Shown here one piece after another: positions 9,350 to 18,278 of a stretch of 64,000 nucleotides of DNA (its first letter is position 1; the number at the start of each line of letters is the position of its first letter). The DNA comes from Chloroflexota bacterium (lineage in GTDB: Bacteria > Chloroflexota > Limnocylindria > Limnocylindrales > CSP1-4): assembly GCA_019637815.1 (NCBI GenBank), contig JAHBUZ010000008.1, forward strand, positions 88,593 to 152,592. The letters run 5' to 3'. Made by a program: the position numbers and the translations under genes. A model generated the notes under the pieces. It was not told where the DNA came from, did not search any database, and saw only the letters and a program-made list of their open reading frames with translations.

Positions 9350-9497
9350 CCGGCGCGGCCAGGTGTGCCGCCGTGCGTGGCTCCCGCCGCCGATCCCGAC
9401 CTCCGATGCCATCGACGAACCTCTGGTCCCATCGACGAACCTCTGGTGCCATCGGAGCGCTCCTCGGCCCGGCTCGACGACGGCTCCGGGAGGGTGC

Positions 9498-10706
9498 TCA
9501 GCCCTGGCCCGCTCGCCCTCGTGTCCGGGGTGCCAGGAGGTGGAACGCCACGAAGGCGAGCCACGCACACATCGCGATGCCGATCGCGGTGGGCAGCGCG
9601 GAGGTGGTGCCACCCAGTCCCACGAGCGGCGCGGCGATCGCCCCCACGATGAACTGCACGGCACCCATGAGCGCGGACGCGCTGCCTGCCTGGTGGGCAT
9701 GGTCGGTGAGCGCGAGGGCCGTCGCGTTGGGTGCCACGAGCCCGTACGAGGAGACCACCATCAGGTAGCCCAGCAGGATGCCCGGCAGGCCCAGGTCCGT
9801 CGCAGCGGCCGCGACGAGGACGATGCCACCCGCGGCCATGATGGCGAGGCCGGCCGTGAGGATCCGGCGGGGTCCCACGCGGCCCACCAGCAGGCCGCTC
9901 ACCTGGGCGCAGGTCACGATACCCAGCGCGTTCATCGCGAAGACGAGGCTGAACGCCTGCGGCGACTGGCCGTACAGGTCCTGGACCACGAACGGCGAGG
10001 ACGCGATGTACGAGAACATGGCGGCGAAGGCGAGGCTCGAGGCCATCACGAAGCCCATGAACGAGCGGTCCAGGAGCAGCGACCGATACACCCGCGCGAC
10101 CTGACCCAGGCCGCCGCTGCGACGTCGCTCGGGTGGCAGCGACTCCTTCAGCCGCAGCCCCGCGAACACGAACAGGGCCGCGCCGATGGCGGCGAGCACC
10201 AGGAACGTGCCCTGCCAGCTGGTGACCAGCATCAGCTGCGCCCCGATCACGGGTGCCAGGATGGGCGCCAGTCCGTTGACGAGCATCGTGAGCGCGAAGA
10301 ACCGGGCTGCCTGCGACCCGGCGAAGTGGTCGCGCACCACGGCCCGTGCGATGACGATGCCCGCCGCCCCGCCGACGCCCTGGAGCACCCGGAGCAGGAT
10401 GAACGGCTCGATGCTCGTGACGATCGCGCACAGCAGTGACGCCACGGTGTAGAGCGCGAGGCCCACCAGGAGTGGTCGACGCCGTCCCAGTCGGTCGCTC
10501 AACGGGCCCGCGATGAGCTGGCCGATGGCGAGGCCGAGGACGCAGGCCGTCAGCGTGAGCTGCACCTGCGACTCGGTCGCACCCAGGTCCGTCGCGATGC
10601 GCGGCAGTCCCGGCAGGTACATGTCGATGGACAACGGTGCGAACGCCGACAGGGCACCGATGAGCAGCACGAGCTCGGCGCGCACGGCGGTCCGCGGCGG
10701 GTCCAT
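9498..10706 (-). CDS. MFS transporter, Bcr/CflA drug-resistance subfamily
   Basis: 'FAPLSIDMYLPGLPRIATDLG', 'GPLSDRLGRRRPLL' and 'LRVLQGVGGAAG'. I chose the ATG at 10706; the upstream extension is Ala/Gly low-complexity and overlaps the helicase gene. Confidence 0.85.
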   Translation of the reverse strand: MDPPRTAVRAELVLLIGALSAFAPLSIDMYLPGLPRIATDLGATESQVQLTLTACVLGLAIGQLIAGPLSDRLGRRRPLLVGLALYTVASLLCAIVTSIEPFILLRVLQGVGGAAGIVIARAVVRDHFAGSQAARFFALTMLVNGLAPILAPVIGAQLMLVTSWQGTFLVLAAIGAALFVFAGLRLKESLPPERRRSGGLGQVARVYRSLLLDRSFMGFVMASSLAFAAMFSYIASSPFVVQDLYGQSPQAFSLVFAMNALGIVTCAQVSGLLVGRVGPRRILTAGLAIMAAGGIVLVAAAATDLGLPGILLGYLMVVSSYGLVAPNATALALTDHAHQAGSASALMGAVQFIVGAIAAPLVGLGGTTSALPTAIGIAMCAWLAFVAFHLLAPRTRGRAGQG

Positions 10707-10776
10707 GGGGGTGCCTGGGGTCACGCGCCTAGTGTGCCGGAACGTGCCTTCGGCGTGGCGCGGCGATACTGGGCCG

Positions 10777-12825
10777 ATGCAGCACGATCCCGACCCGCAG
10801 ACGCCCGACGACGAGACCTCCACCGCCGTGGAGGCTCCCGCGTCACCCGATGCGGCTGCGCCGGCCGACGCCCCCGCCGCGGCCGAGGGATCAGCCCTGA
10901 CCGATGCGCCTGCGCCGACAGCGGCCGAAGCGCATGCGCCGACAACGGCCGAAGCGCATGCGCCGAAAGCGGCCGAAGCGCACACCCCGCCGGACGCCGA
11001 CGGCTTCGCGAGTCTCGGCCTCGGTCCCGGGCTCGTGGCCAGCCTCACCGAGCTCGGCTATGAGGAGCCGACACCCATCCAGCGAGCCGCCATCCCGGAG
11101 ATCATCGCCGGCCGCGACGTGCTCGCCCAGGCGCCCACGGGGACCGGCAAGACCGCCGCGTTCGCCCTGCCCGCGCTCGAGCGACTCGCGACGCTGCGGG
11201 GCTCGGGTCGACGGACGGCCGATGGCCAGGTGTCGATGATCGTCCTGGTGCCCACGCGTGAGCTCGCGATGCAGGTGTCGGAGGCGATCCATCGATACGG
11301 CGCCCGGCTCGGCTTCCGGGCGCTGCCGGTGTATGGCGGTCAGGCCATCGGGCTCCAGCTGCGGGCGCTGCGGAGCGGGGTCGACGTCGTCATCGCGACG
11401 CCCGGCCGGGCGGTCGACCACCTGCGTCGAGGCAGCCTGCGACTCGACCAGGTCGCCATCGTCGTGCTGGACGAGGCGGACGAGATGCTCGACATGGGCT
11501 TCGCGGAGGATCTCGACGCGGTGCTCGGCGAGACGCCCGAGGACCGGCAGACGGCGCTGTTCTCGGCCACCATCTCGCCGGTCGTGGCGCGCATCGCGAA
11601 GCGGCACCTGCGGGAACCGGTCCGCCTGAGCGTCGGCTCGGGGTCGCGCACCGACCGACCCGATGCCACGATCCGCCAGGTCGCCTACGTCGTGCGGCGC
11701 GCGGACAAGCTGGCCGCGCTCAGCCGCATCCTGGACCTCGAGGATCCGACCTCGGCGCTCGTGTTCGCGCGGACCCGGGGCGAGGTGGACGATCTTGCGG
11801 AGCGGCTCGCGGGTCGGGGCCACGACGCGGGCGCGCTCCACGGCGGCCTGTCCCAGGAGCAGCGGGACCGGGTGATGGGACGCTTCCGGGACGGTGCGCT
11901 GGACGTCCTGGTGGCGACCGATGTCGCGGCGCGCGGGCTGGACATCGACCACGTGTCGCACGTCGTCAACTACGACGTCCCGACCGACCCCGACTCGTAC
12001 GTCCACCGCATCGGCCGGACGGGGCGAGCCGGGCGATCGGGGGTGGCCATCACCATCGTGGAGCCGCGGGAGCACCGGCTGCTGCGGGACATCGAGCGGG
12101 TGGTGGGGCAGCGGCTGGACCTCGGCCGCGTGCCCACGGTCGCCGACCTGCGAGCGCATCGGATGGACCTGCTGCGGGCCACGGTCCGGGAGCAGCTGCT
12201 CGATGGCGACACCGACCGATACCGGAGCATCGTCGAATCGCTCGCGGAGGAGGCCGACCTGCTGGACATCGCGCTCGCCGCAGTGGCCCTGGCCGATGGG
12301 ACGACGCGCGACGCCGATGACGAGCGGGACATCGCCCCGGCGACCCTGTTCGATGAGCGGCCGGCGCGAGGACGAGGTGTGCCCGGCAGACCCGGCGGGT
12401 TCGAGGGGGCCGGTGGTCGTGGGCGGCCGATGGGTCGACCCGAGCGGGGGTATCGACCAGCACCGGGCGGCGGCCGGCCGTCGGGACCGGGTGAGGGCTT
12501 CGTGCCGGGTGGCGGTCCTGCGCCGAGTGGTGGGCCGGGTAGTCGATCGCCCGGGCGTGCCGCCAGCCGGACCGGCGGCCCAGGTGCGGCGGGCTGGGCG
12601 CGTCTGTGGGTCGGCGGCGGTCGACGTGCCGGGCTGCGACCCGGAGATATCGTGGGGGCGATCACGCACGAGGCGGGGGTCACCGGCTCCGATGTGGGCG
12701 CCATCCAGATCGCCGATGCGTTCGCCCTCGTGGACGTGCGCGCGGAGGTGGCCGACCGGGTGGTCGAGGCCCTCGGTGGCGCCACGATCAGGGGGCAGAG
12801 GGTCCCTATCCGCCGCGACTGGTAG
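10777..12825 (+). CDS. DEAD-box RNA helicase with a C-terminal DbpA-type RNA-binding domain
   Basis: Q-motif 'GYEEPTPIQ', 'AQAPTGTGKT', 'VLDEADEML', 'SAT', 'HRIGRTGRAG', a Gly/Arg-rich linker, and a DbpA-like end ('GDIVGAITHEAGV..IQIADAFALVDV'). Confidence 0.9.
   Translation: MQHDPDPQTPDDETSTAVEAPASPDAAAPADAPAAAEGSALTDAPAPTAAEAHAPTTAEAHAPKAAEAHTPPDADGFASLGLGPGLVASLTELGYEEPTPIQRAAIPEIIAGRDVLAQAPTGTGKTAAFALPALERLATLRGSGRRTADGQVSMIVLVPTRELAMQVSEAIHRYGARLGFRALPVYGGQAIGLQLRALRSGVDVVIATPGRAVDHLRRGSLRLDQVAIVVLDEADEMLDMGFAEDLDAVLGETPEDRQTALFSATISPVVARIAKRHLREPVRLSVGSGSRTDRPDATIRQVAYVVRRADKLAALSRILDLEDPTSALVFARTRGEVDDLAERLAGRGHDAGALHGGLSQEQRDRVMGRFRDGALDVLVATDVAARGLDIDHVSHVVNYDVPTDPDSYVHRIGRTGRAGRSGVAITIVEPREHRLLRDIERVVGQRLDLGRVPTVADLRAHRMDLLRATVREQLLDGDTDRYRSIVESLAEEADLLDIALAAVALADGTTRDADDERDIAPATLFDERPARGRGVPGRPGGFEGAGGRGRPMGRPERGYRPAPGGGRPSGPGEGFVPGGGPAPSGGPGSRSPGRAASRTGGPGAAGWARLWVGGGRRAGLRPGDIVGAITHEAGVTGSDVGAIQIADAFALVDVRAEVADRVVEALGGATIRGQRVPIRRDW
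10912..10983 (+). repeat. In-frame 24-bp tandem repeat x3 inside the helicase N-terminal tail
   Basis: GCGCCGACAGCGGCCGAAGCGCAT / GCGCCGACAACGGCCGAAGCGCAT / GCGCCGAAAGCGGCCGAAGCGCAC, encoding AP(T/K)(A/T)AEAH x3. Confidence 0.9.
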
Positions 12826-12851
12826 CCCGGGCCCGGGCGCTGATGCAGCCC

Positions 12852-13170
12852 AGGCGGGCGTTGCGGCCTGCGCCCCATCGCTCGCGTGCTCGACCCGCCT
12901 TCGCCTGCACCCGCCTTGCCGGCCGGGGGGTGTGGTGAGCACGCAGGCGTTGCGGCCTGCGCCCCATCGCTCACGGGCACGAGCCCGCTCGCTCCGGGTG
13001 CTCGGCCGCGCCTTCGCCTGGGCCACCTGAGCGCCCGGCCGGCGAGGCGAGCGCATGCGGGCGTTGGGTCTGCGCGCGCTCGCTCACGCACCACGAGGTG
13101 CGCTTCGCTCGCGTGCTCGACCCGCCTTCGCCTGCACCCGCCTCGCCGGCCGGGGTGTGGTGGAGGCGAG
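12852..13170. repeat. Imperfect tandem repeat, three units of about 93-116 bp, between convergent genes
   Basis: The core GCTCGCGTGCTCGACCCGCCTTCGCCTGCACCCGCCT(T/C)GCCGGCCGGGG..GTGTGGTG occurs at 12881 and 13108. Each unit opens with CA(G/T)GCG(GGC)GTTG(C/G)G(G/T)CTGCGC, at about 12852, 12945 and 13055. The middle unit is degenerate. Confidence 0.8.
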
Positions 13171-13202
13171 CGCACGCGGGCCTCGGGTCGGCGTCCCGCG
13201 GG

Positions 13203-14531
13203 TCAGTCCTCGGCGGGCTCCGGGCGATCGCGGGGCGCGGTCGCGCTGTGGATCGTGGCTGGCGACTCGGTGGCGGTCACCGGTCGGAGCTCGGTCCGGA
13301 ACGAGTGGTCGATGGGGAACGGCTCCCCGGCCCAGGCGCGCTGTGCGGTCCAGGGGGTCGGCGCGTCGGCCCAGAAGGGGTGGCTGGGCGGCAACCCCAG
13401 GGGCAGCAGCACGAGCGACGCCATGTACAGGCTGCCGGTCGACACGTACGACTCGCCGATCCCCGGCTGGTGCCCGGCCACGCCGATGCGCAACCAGCCG
13501 TCGGCATCGAAGGTACCGGGCGCATCCAGGGTCCGCGTCATGACCGCGGTCAGGGCGCCCCGGACCTGGGCGGGCGTCACGTGCTCCGGGAGGTCGTCAC
13601 GCAGCGCGGACTGGGCCAGCGCGTGGAACGCCCCACAGCGATAGGCGAGCGATCGGCCCACGAGGGGATACGTGCCATCGGGCGCGATGAGCCGCTCCTG
13701 GATGGCCGCGTACCGGCGTGCCCGGGCGCGCTCCCGGCCGTAGAAGCCCTTGCGCAGCCCGGCGACCTGGCGCAGGACCCGCAGGGTGTCGATGAGCATC
13801 GGGTGGATGACATAGCTGTCGTAGTAGTCCCACGCGAACTCCGGCCCATCCCGGTAGACGCCGTCACCGACGTACCACTGCTCGTGCTGCCGGATGGCGT
13901 AGTCCACGCGCGCCCGGTCCCACCACTCACCGAGGTGGGCGAGGGTCGCCTCGATGGTGGCGGGGAACATCAGCCAGTTGTTGAACCACGCCTCCAGCAT
14001 CCGGGTCGACCGGAGGCGCTCCACCAGCCGATCGCGGGCGGTGGCATCGAGCTGTGCGAACAGGCGTGGTGCGCGCACGATGGCGAGACCCAGATACGCC
14101 GCGTCCACGAGCGGCTGGCGCTCGCCCTCGAACGAGAGCGCGTCCGGGGAGTCCGGGTCCAGCGCTCGGTGGAGCCCGGTGAGCGTGAGCTCCCGGAGAT
14201 GTGCCCGCAGGCGTCCCTCCGGCGTCGCGTCCGGCTCCAGCTCGAGCCACGGTGCGATGCCTGCCAGCAGCCGACCCACCGCCTCCAGGTGGGTGACCGC
14301 GGTCCGGTCGACCCCCGCTCGCTGCTCGACGGGCATCCGTGCCCGGAGCGTGCCACCCGCGAGGTTGTCCAGCACGGGGAGGGCGAGTCGCTGAGCCATG
14401 GCGACCCACGCGTCGCGCGTGCTCGCGCCGTCGGGGTGGATGGTCGACACGATCGTGCCGCGTGACGGTCGCTCCGGCTGCCGGGGGCCGCCGAGTGCCG
14501 CTCGGGCGCGACGCAGGAGATGGTCGGTCAT
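13203..14531 (-). CDS. DUF2264-domain protein
   Basis: 'FNNWLMFPATIEA..', 'EQWYVGDGVYRDGPEFAWDYYDSYVIHPML' and 'APDGTYPLVGRSLAYRCGAFHAL' match DUF2264 as I remember it. ATG 14531 is in frame. Confidence 0.7.
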   Translation of the reverse strand: MTDHLLRRARAALGGPRQPERPSRGTIVSTIHPDGASTRDAWVAMAQRLALPVLDNLAGGTLRARMPVEQRAGVDRTAVTHLEAVGRLLAGIAPWLELEPDATPEGRLRAHLRELTLTGLHRALDPDSPDALSFEGERQPLVDAAYLGLAIVRAPRLFAQLDATARDRLVERLRSTRMLEAWFNNWLMFPATIEATLAHLGEWWDRARVDYAIRQHEQWYVGDGVYRDGPEFAWDYYDSYVIHPMLIDTLRVLRQVAGLRKGFYGRERARARRYAAIQERLIAPDGTYPLVGRSLAYRCGAFHALAQSALRDDLPEHVTPAQVRGALTAVMTRTLDAPGTFDADGWLRIGVAGHQPGIGESYVSTGSLYMASLVLLPLGLPPSHPFWADAPTPWTAQRAWAGEPFPIDHSFRTELRPVTATESPATIHSATAPRDRPEPAED

Positions 14532-14723
14532 GGGCGCTCGTCTGGGGAAGGTGGCACCGGGAGCATACCCTGCCGACACCCTGGCGAACCGGTCCACCAG
14601 CCGCGCGACACGCGGGCGCGGGGTGGCGGCTATGGTTCGCCGGGTGAGCGGCGACCACGACGCAGACGACCCATGACCGGGCAGATACCCCACCCGGGGT
14701 CCGCCACGGACGGGCGCAGCCGG

Positions 14724-16175
14724 ATGCTGCTCGGCATCGATCTCGGCACCACGACCGTCAAGGCGCTGCTCATCAGCCCCACGGGCGAGCCGCTGGGGAT
14801 CGGCCGCCAGTCCCACGGGACATCGGGCAGCGGCGGCATCGCGGAACAGGACCCCGAGACGTGGTGGCAGGGCACCGTGACGGCGGTCCGTCGAGCCCTC
14901 GCCGAGGCGTGGGATGACGGTGCCACCGAGCTCGCCGGGCTGTGCGTGGTGGGCCAGGGCCCCACCACCGTGGCCGTCGGGGATGCGGGTGGGTCGATGG
15001 GTCCTGCCATCACGTGGCTCGATGCCCGCGCTGCCGAGACGGCGGACCACCTGTCCCGGTCGATCGGTGTGCCGACGTGGCAGCTCGGCTCGCTCGCGCA
15101 CGAACGCTGGATGGCGACGCACGACCCGGATCGCCATGCACGCGCGACGTGCTTCCTGTCCGCGTGGGACTGGCTGACCTGGCGGCTATCGGGTCGTCGG
15201 GTCCGTGCCGTGCCTCCCGTCTCGCTCCACCCGACCGACGAGACCATCCGCGCCGGTGGCGGCGACCCGGCGCGCTTCGGGTCCGCCGTGGAGTGGGGCA
15301 CCCTCGTGGGCGGCGTCGCGCCCGGGCCGGCCGCCGAGCTGGGCATCCCGGCCGGCACCCCGGTCATCGCCGGGGGCAATGACGCGCTCGCCAGCTTCCA
15401 CGGCGCGGGCCTCGTGGACGCAGGTGACGCGGTGGACACGGGTGGCACGTCGGGTGGCCTGGGCGTCTACTGGGACCGCGAGCTGGATGTGCCCGGCACC
15501 TACCGGGCACCTGCCGCGCTGCCCGGTCTGTGGTTGTACGGCGGCGCGATGAACGCGCTTGGCAAGTCCGTGGAGTGGGTCACGGAGCTGCTGGCGCCCC
15601 ACGGCGGTGCGGACGCCGCGGAGCTGCTCGCCGCGGCGTTCGAGGTGCCCGCGGGTGCCGCCGGGCTGGTGTTCCTGCCCTATCTCGCCGGGGAGCGCGC
15701 GCCCATCGAGGACCGTCGTGCCCGGGGCATGCTCGCCGGACTGTCGCTCGATCATGGCCGGGGGCACGTGGTGCGGGCCGTCCTGGAGGCGGGTGGCTAT
15801 GCCCTGCGTCATGTGGCGGAGCCCATCCGCGACGCGGGCATCGAGCCACGCCGCCTGGTCGTGTCGGGTGCCGCCGAGCGGATCCACGGGACGGCCCGGA
15901 TGCGTGCCGACATCCTGGGTCTGCCCGTGGACGTGCCTGTCGTCGCGGATACCGCGGCCGCGGGCGCGGCCATCCTCGCTGCGGTGGGTGCCGGGGTCCA
16001 TCCGGACGCCCGCTCCGCGATCCGGTCGATGGTCCGCATCGAGCGACGCATCGAGCCCGATCCGGCCACCCGGACGACCTATGACGAGCTGTCCGCGGTC
16101 TACCGGGCGCTCTATCCGGCGACCGCCACGCTCCAGCATCGGCTGGCCGACATCGGGGAGCGCATCGCCGGCTGA
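14724..16175 (+). CDS. FGGY-family carbohydrate kinase (xylulokinase-like)
   Basis: 'MLLGIDLGTTTVKALL', 'AEQDPETWW', 'GGNDALAS', 'DTGGTSGG' and 'PYLAGERAP'. An alternative ATG at 14673 is also in frame. Confidence 0.85.
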   Translation: MLLGIDLGTTTVKALLISPTGEPLGIGRQSHGTSGSGGIAEQDPETWWQGTVTAVRRALAEAWDDGATELAGLCVVGQGPTTVAVGDAGGSMGPAITWLDARAAETADHLSRSIGVPTWQLGSLAHERWMATHDPDRHARATCFLSAWDWLTWRLSGRRVRAVPPVSLHPTDETIRAGGGDPARFGSAVEWGTLVGGVAPGPAAELGIPAGTPVIAGGNDALASFHGAGLVDAGDAVDTGGTSGGLGVYWDRELDVPGTYRAPAALPGLWLYGGAMNALGKSVEWVTELLAPHGGADAAELLAAAFEVPAGAAGLVFLPYLAGERAPIEDRRARGMLAGLSLDHGRGHVVRAVLEAGGYALRHVAEPIRDAGIEPRRLVVSGAAERIHGTARMRADILGLPVDVPVVADTAAAGAAILAAVGAGVHPDARSAIRSMVRIERRIEPDPATRTTYDELSAVYRALYPATATLQHRLADIGERIAG

Positions 16176-16538
16176 GTCCGTCCATCGGCCGGATCCGTCG
16201 ACGGCGAGGACGTCCGGTGGCGGTGCGCGTCGGTCGAGCGACCGCGGTCGGGCCCACGGGCGGGGTCACCCGGTCGCTCTGCTATCCTCGAACTCGACAA
16301 TCTCAGATGCCTCCTTCGGGGTTGGGTGCGATTCCCGACCGGTGGTCGGCCGAGACCGGACGCTCGTCCATGCTCGACCAGCCCACGACCCGGCGCCCTC
16401 GGGCGACGGTTGATCCCCTGGCAGGGAGCCGACGGTGACAGTCCGGATGGGAGAAGGGTGGCAGGTCGCGGCGTGCGGTCGACCGTGCATCGGTCGGTGT
16501 GCGTCCGTCCGTGGGTGTCGGCATCCGTCGGCGTCCGC

Positions 16539-17405
16539 ATGTCGTCCCCGATCCGTGCGCCCCGTGGTGGCGATGCGTGGATGGGCACCACCCTGGACGA
16601 CATCACGATCACCGGTCTCTCACATGCCTTCTCGGTCGCGGGTGCGCCCTTGCCCGTGCTCGAGGGCATCGACCTGGTCATGCCCGCGGGTCGCGTCAGC
16701 GCGGTCGTGGGCCCGTCCGGGTCGGGCAAGAGCACCCTCCTGCGCATCGTGGCGGGGCTCCTGCCGGCGGACGAGGGCCGGGTCGCCATCGGCGGGCGCC
16801 GGGTGGTCGGTCCGGACCCGCGGGTCGGCCTGGTGTTCCAGGAGCCACGCCTGCTGCCGTGGCGGGACGCGCTGGACAACGTCGCCTATCCGCTGGAGCT
16901 GGCAGGGGTCGGTCGCGAGGAGCGTCGTGACCGTGCGGCCGCGTTCCTGGAGCTGGTGGGACTGACCGGATTCGGGTCGGCGCTGCCGGGTCAGCTGTCG
17001 GGGGGCATGGCGCAGCGCGTGGGTCTGGCGCGGGCGCTGGTCCAGGAGCCGCGGGTGCTGCTGCTCGACGAGCCCTTCGGTGCGCTGGATGCGCTGACCC
17101 GTGACCATCTCGACGCGGAGATCCTGCGCCTGTGGGATCGCCTGGGCGCCACCATCGTCATCGTCACCCACAGCATCCCGGAGGCGGTGTTCCTCGCGGA
17201 CCGCGTGGTCGTGCTGTCCGCCCGGCCCGGCCGGGTGGTCGCGGACATCCCCGTGGAGCTGCCCCGACCTCGCTCCTGGGCGACCCTCGACGAGGCCGCC
17301 TCCACCCGCAGCGCCCGCGCCATCCGGGATGCCCTGGAACGGCGCGGAGGACCGCTGCCTGGCCCGTCGGACGCCAGGCTCCCGGTCACGGGGAGCGCGG
17401 CATGA
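16539..17405 (+). CDS. ABC transporter ATP-binding protein (NitT/TauT family)
   Basis: Walker A 'GPSGSGKST', 'VFQEPRLLPW', signature 'LSGGMAQR', and Walker B 'LLLDEPFGALD'. The start could be ATG 16539 or 16581. Confidence 0.88.
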   Translation: MSSPIRAPRGGDAWMGTTLDDITITGLSHAFSVAGAPLPVLEGIDLVMPAGRVSAVVGPSGSGKSTLLRIVAGLLPADEGRVAIGGRRVVGPDPRVGLVFQEPRLLPWRDALDNVAYPLELAGVGREERRDRAAAFLELVGLTGFGSALPGQLSGGMAQRVGLARALVQEPRVLLLDEPFGALDALTRDHLDAEILRLWDRLGATIVIVTHSIPEAVFLADRVVVLSARPGRVVADIPVELPRPRSWATLDEAASTRSARAIRDALERRGGPLPGPSDARLPVTGSAA

Positions 17406-18235
17406 CCACGCGCGCCGACGAGCAGCCGGCGACCACCGCGGCCGCCCCGCGTCGTGGCCGCGCCGCCGGGATGAGCCATCTCCTGCGGGACGTGGCCGCG
17501 ATCGCCGGCGTGGGTCTGCTGCTCGCGCTCGTGTGGCAGGCCATCGTGTGGGTCGGCGGCTACCAGCCGTTCTTCCTGCCCGGACCGCTGGTCGTACTCC
17601 AGCGCTGGCAGACCGCCATCGTCGCGGGCACCCTCACGCCCCACCTGCTGACGACGCTCACGGAGATCCTGCTGGGGCTGGCCGTGGGCATCTCCAGCGC
17701 GCTCGTCATCGGCTTCCTGCTCGCCCGGTCCGTGTCCGCGGAGCGCCTGCTGTCACCCTGGATCGTGGCGGCACAGGCGACGCCCATCCTCGCGCTGGCA
17801 CCGCTCATCGTCATCTGGTTCGGCAGCGGGCTCCTGAGCAAGGTGCTCATCTGCGCGCTCATCTGCTTCTTCCCGATGACCGTGGCCACCACGGTGGGTC
17901 TGCGCTCGGTGGACCCACGCCTCCTGGAGATGGGTCGCAGCGTGCGTGCCACGCGACGCCAGCTGCTGACGACCATCGAGCTGCCCGCGGCGCTGCCCCA
18001 GGTGATGGGCGGTCTCAAGGTCAGCGTCACCCTCGCCGTCGTGGGCGCCATCGTCGCCGAGTGGGTCGGGGGCGAGCGGGGCCTGGGCGTGCTCATCAAT
18101 CTCGCACGGGGGAGCCTGTTCGACACACCGCTGCTGTTCGCGACCCTCCTGACCATCGCCCTCGTGGGCGTCGTGCTGTACCTCGTGGTCGTGCTCCTCG
18201 AGCGACGCCTGCTGGGTGCGCGCGCATCCGGCTGA
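17402..18235 (+). CDS. ABC transporter permease (NitT/TauT family)
   Basis: EAA-like loop 'EMGRSVRATRRQLLTTIELPAALPQ' and multiple TM segments. The ATG overlaps the ATPase stop (ATGA). Confidence 0.85.
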   Translation: MTTRADEQPATTAAAPRRGRAAGMSHLLRDVAAIAGVGLLLALVWQAIVWVGGYQPFFLPGPLVVLQRWQTAIVAGTLTPHLLTTLTEILLGLAVGISSALVIGFLLARSVSAERLLSPWIVAAQATPILALAPLIVIWFGSGLLSKVLICALICFFPMTVATTVGLRSVDPRLLEMGRSVRATRRQLLTTIELPAALPQVMGGLKVSVTLAVVGAIVAEWVGGERGLGVLINLARGSLFDTPLLFATLLTIALVGVVLYLVVVLLERRLLGARASG

Positions 18236-18278
18236 ACGCATCCCGACCCATCCCCGAACCAGTCGAAGGAGCCCTCTC

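Noticed and set aside
16290-16440. Canonical TPP (THI-box) riboswitch upstream of the NMT1/THI5-type transporter.
   Set aside because: GGGTGC and a CUGAGA-like CCGAGA are present. However, about 30 nt separate the GAGA from the next CCC, where 3-4 nt are expected. The 3' 'CUGAUC..GCG.AGGGA' half is also too short. I kept it only as a low-confidence 'structured leader' finding.
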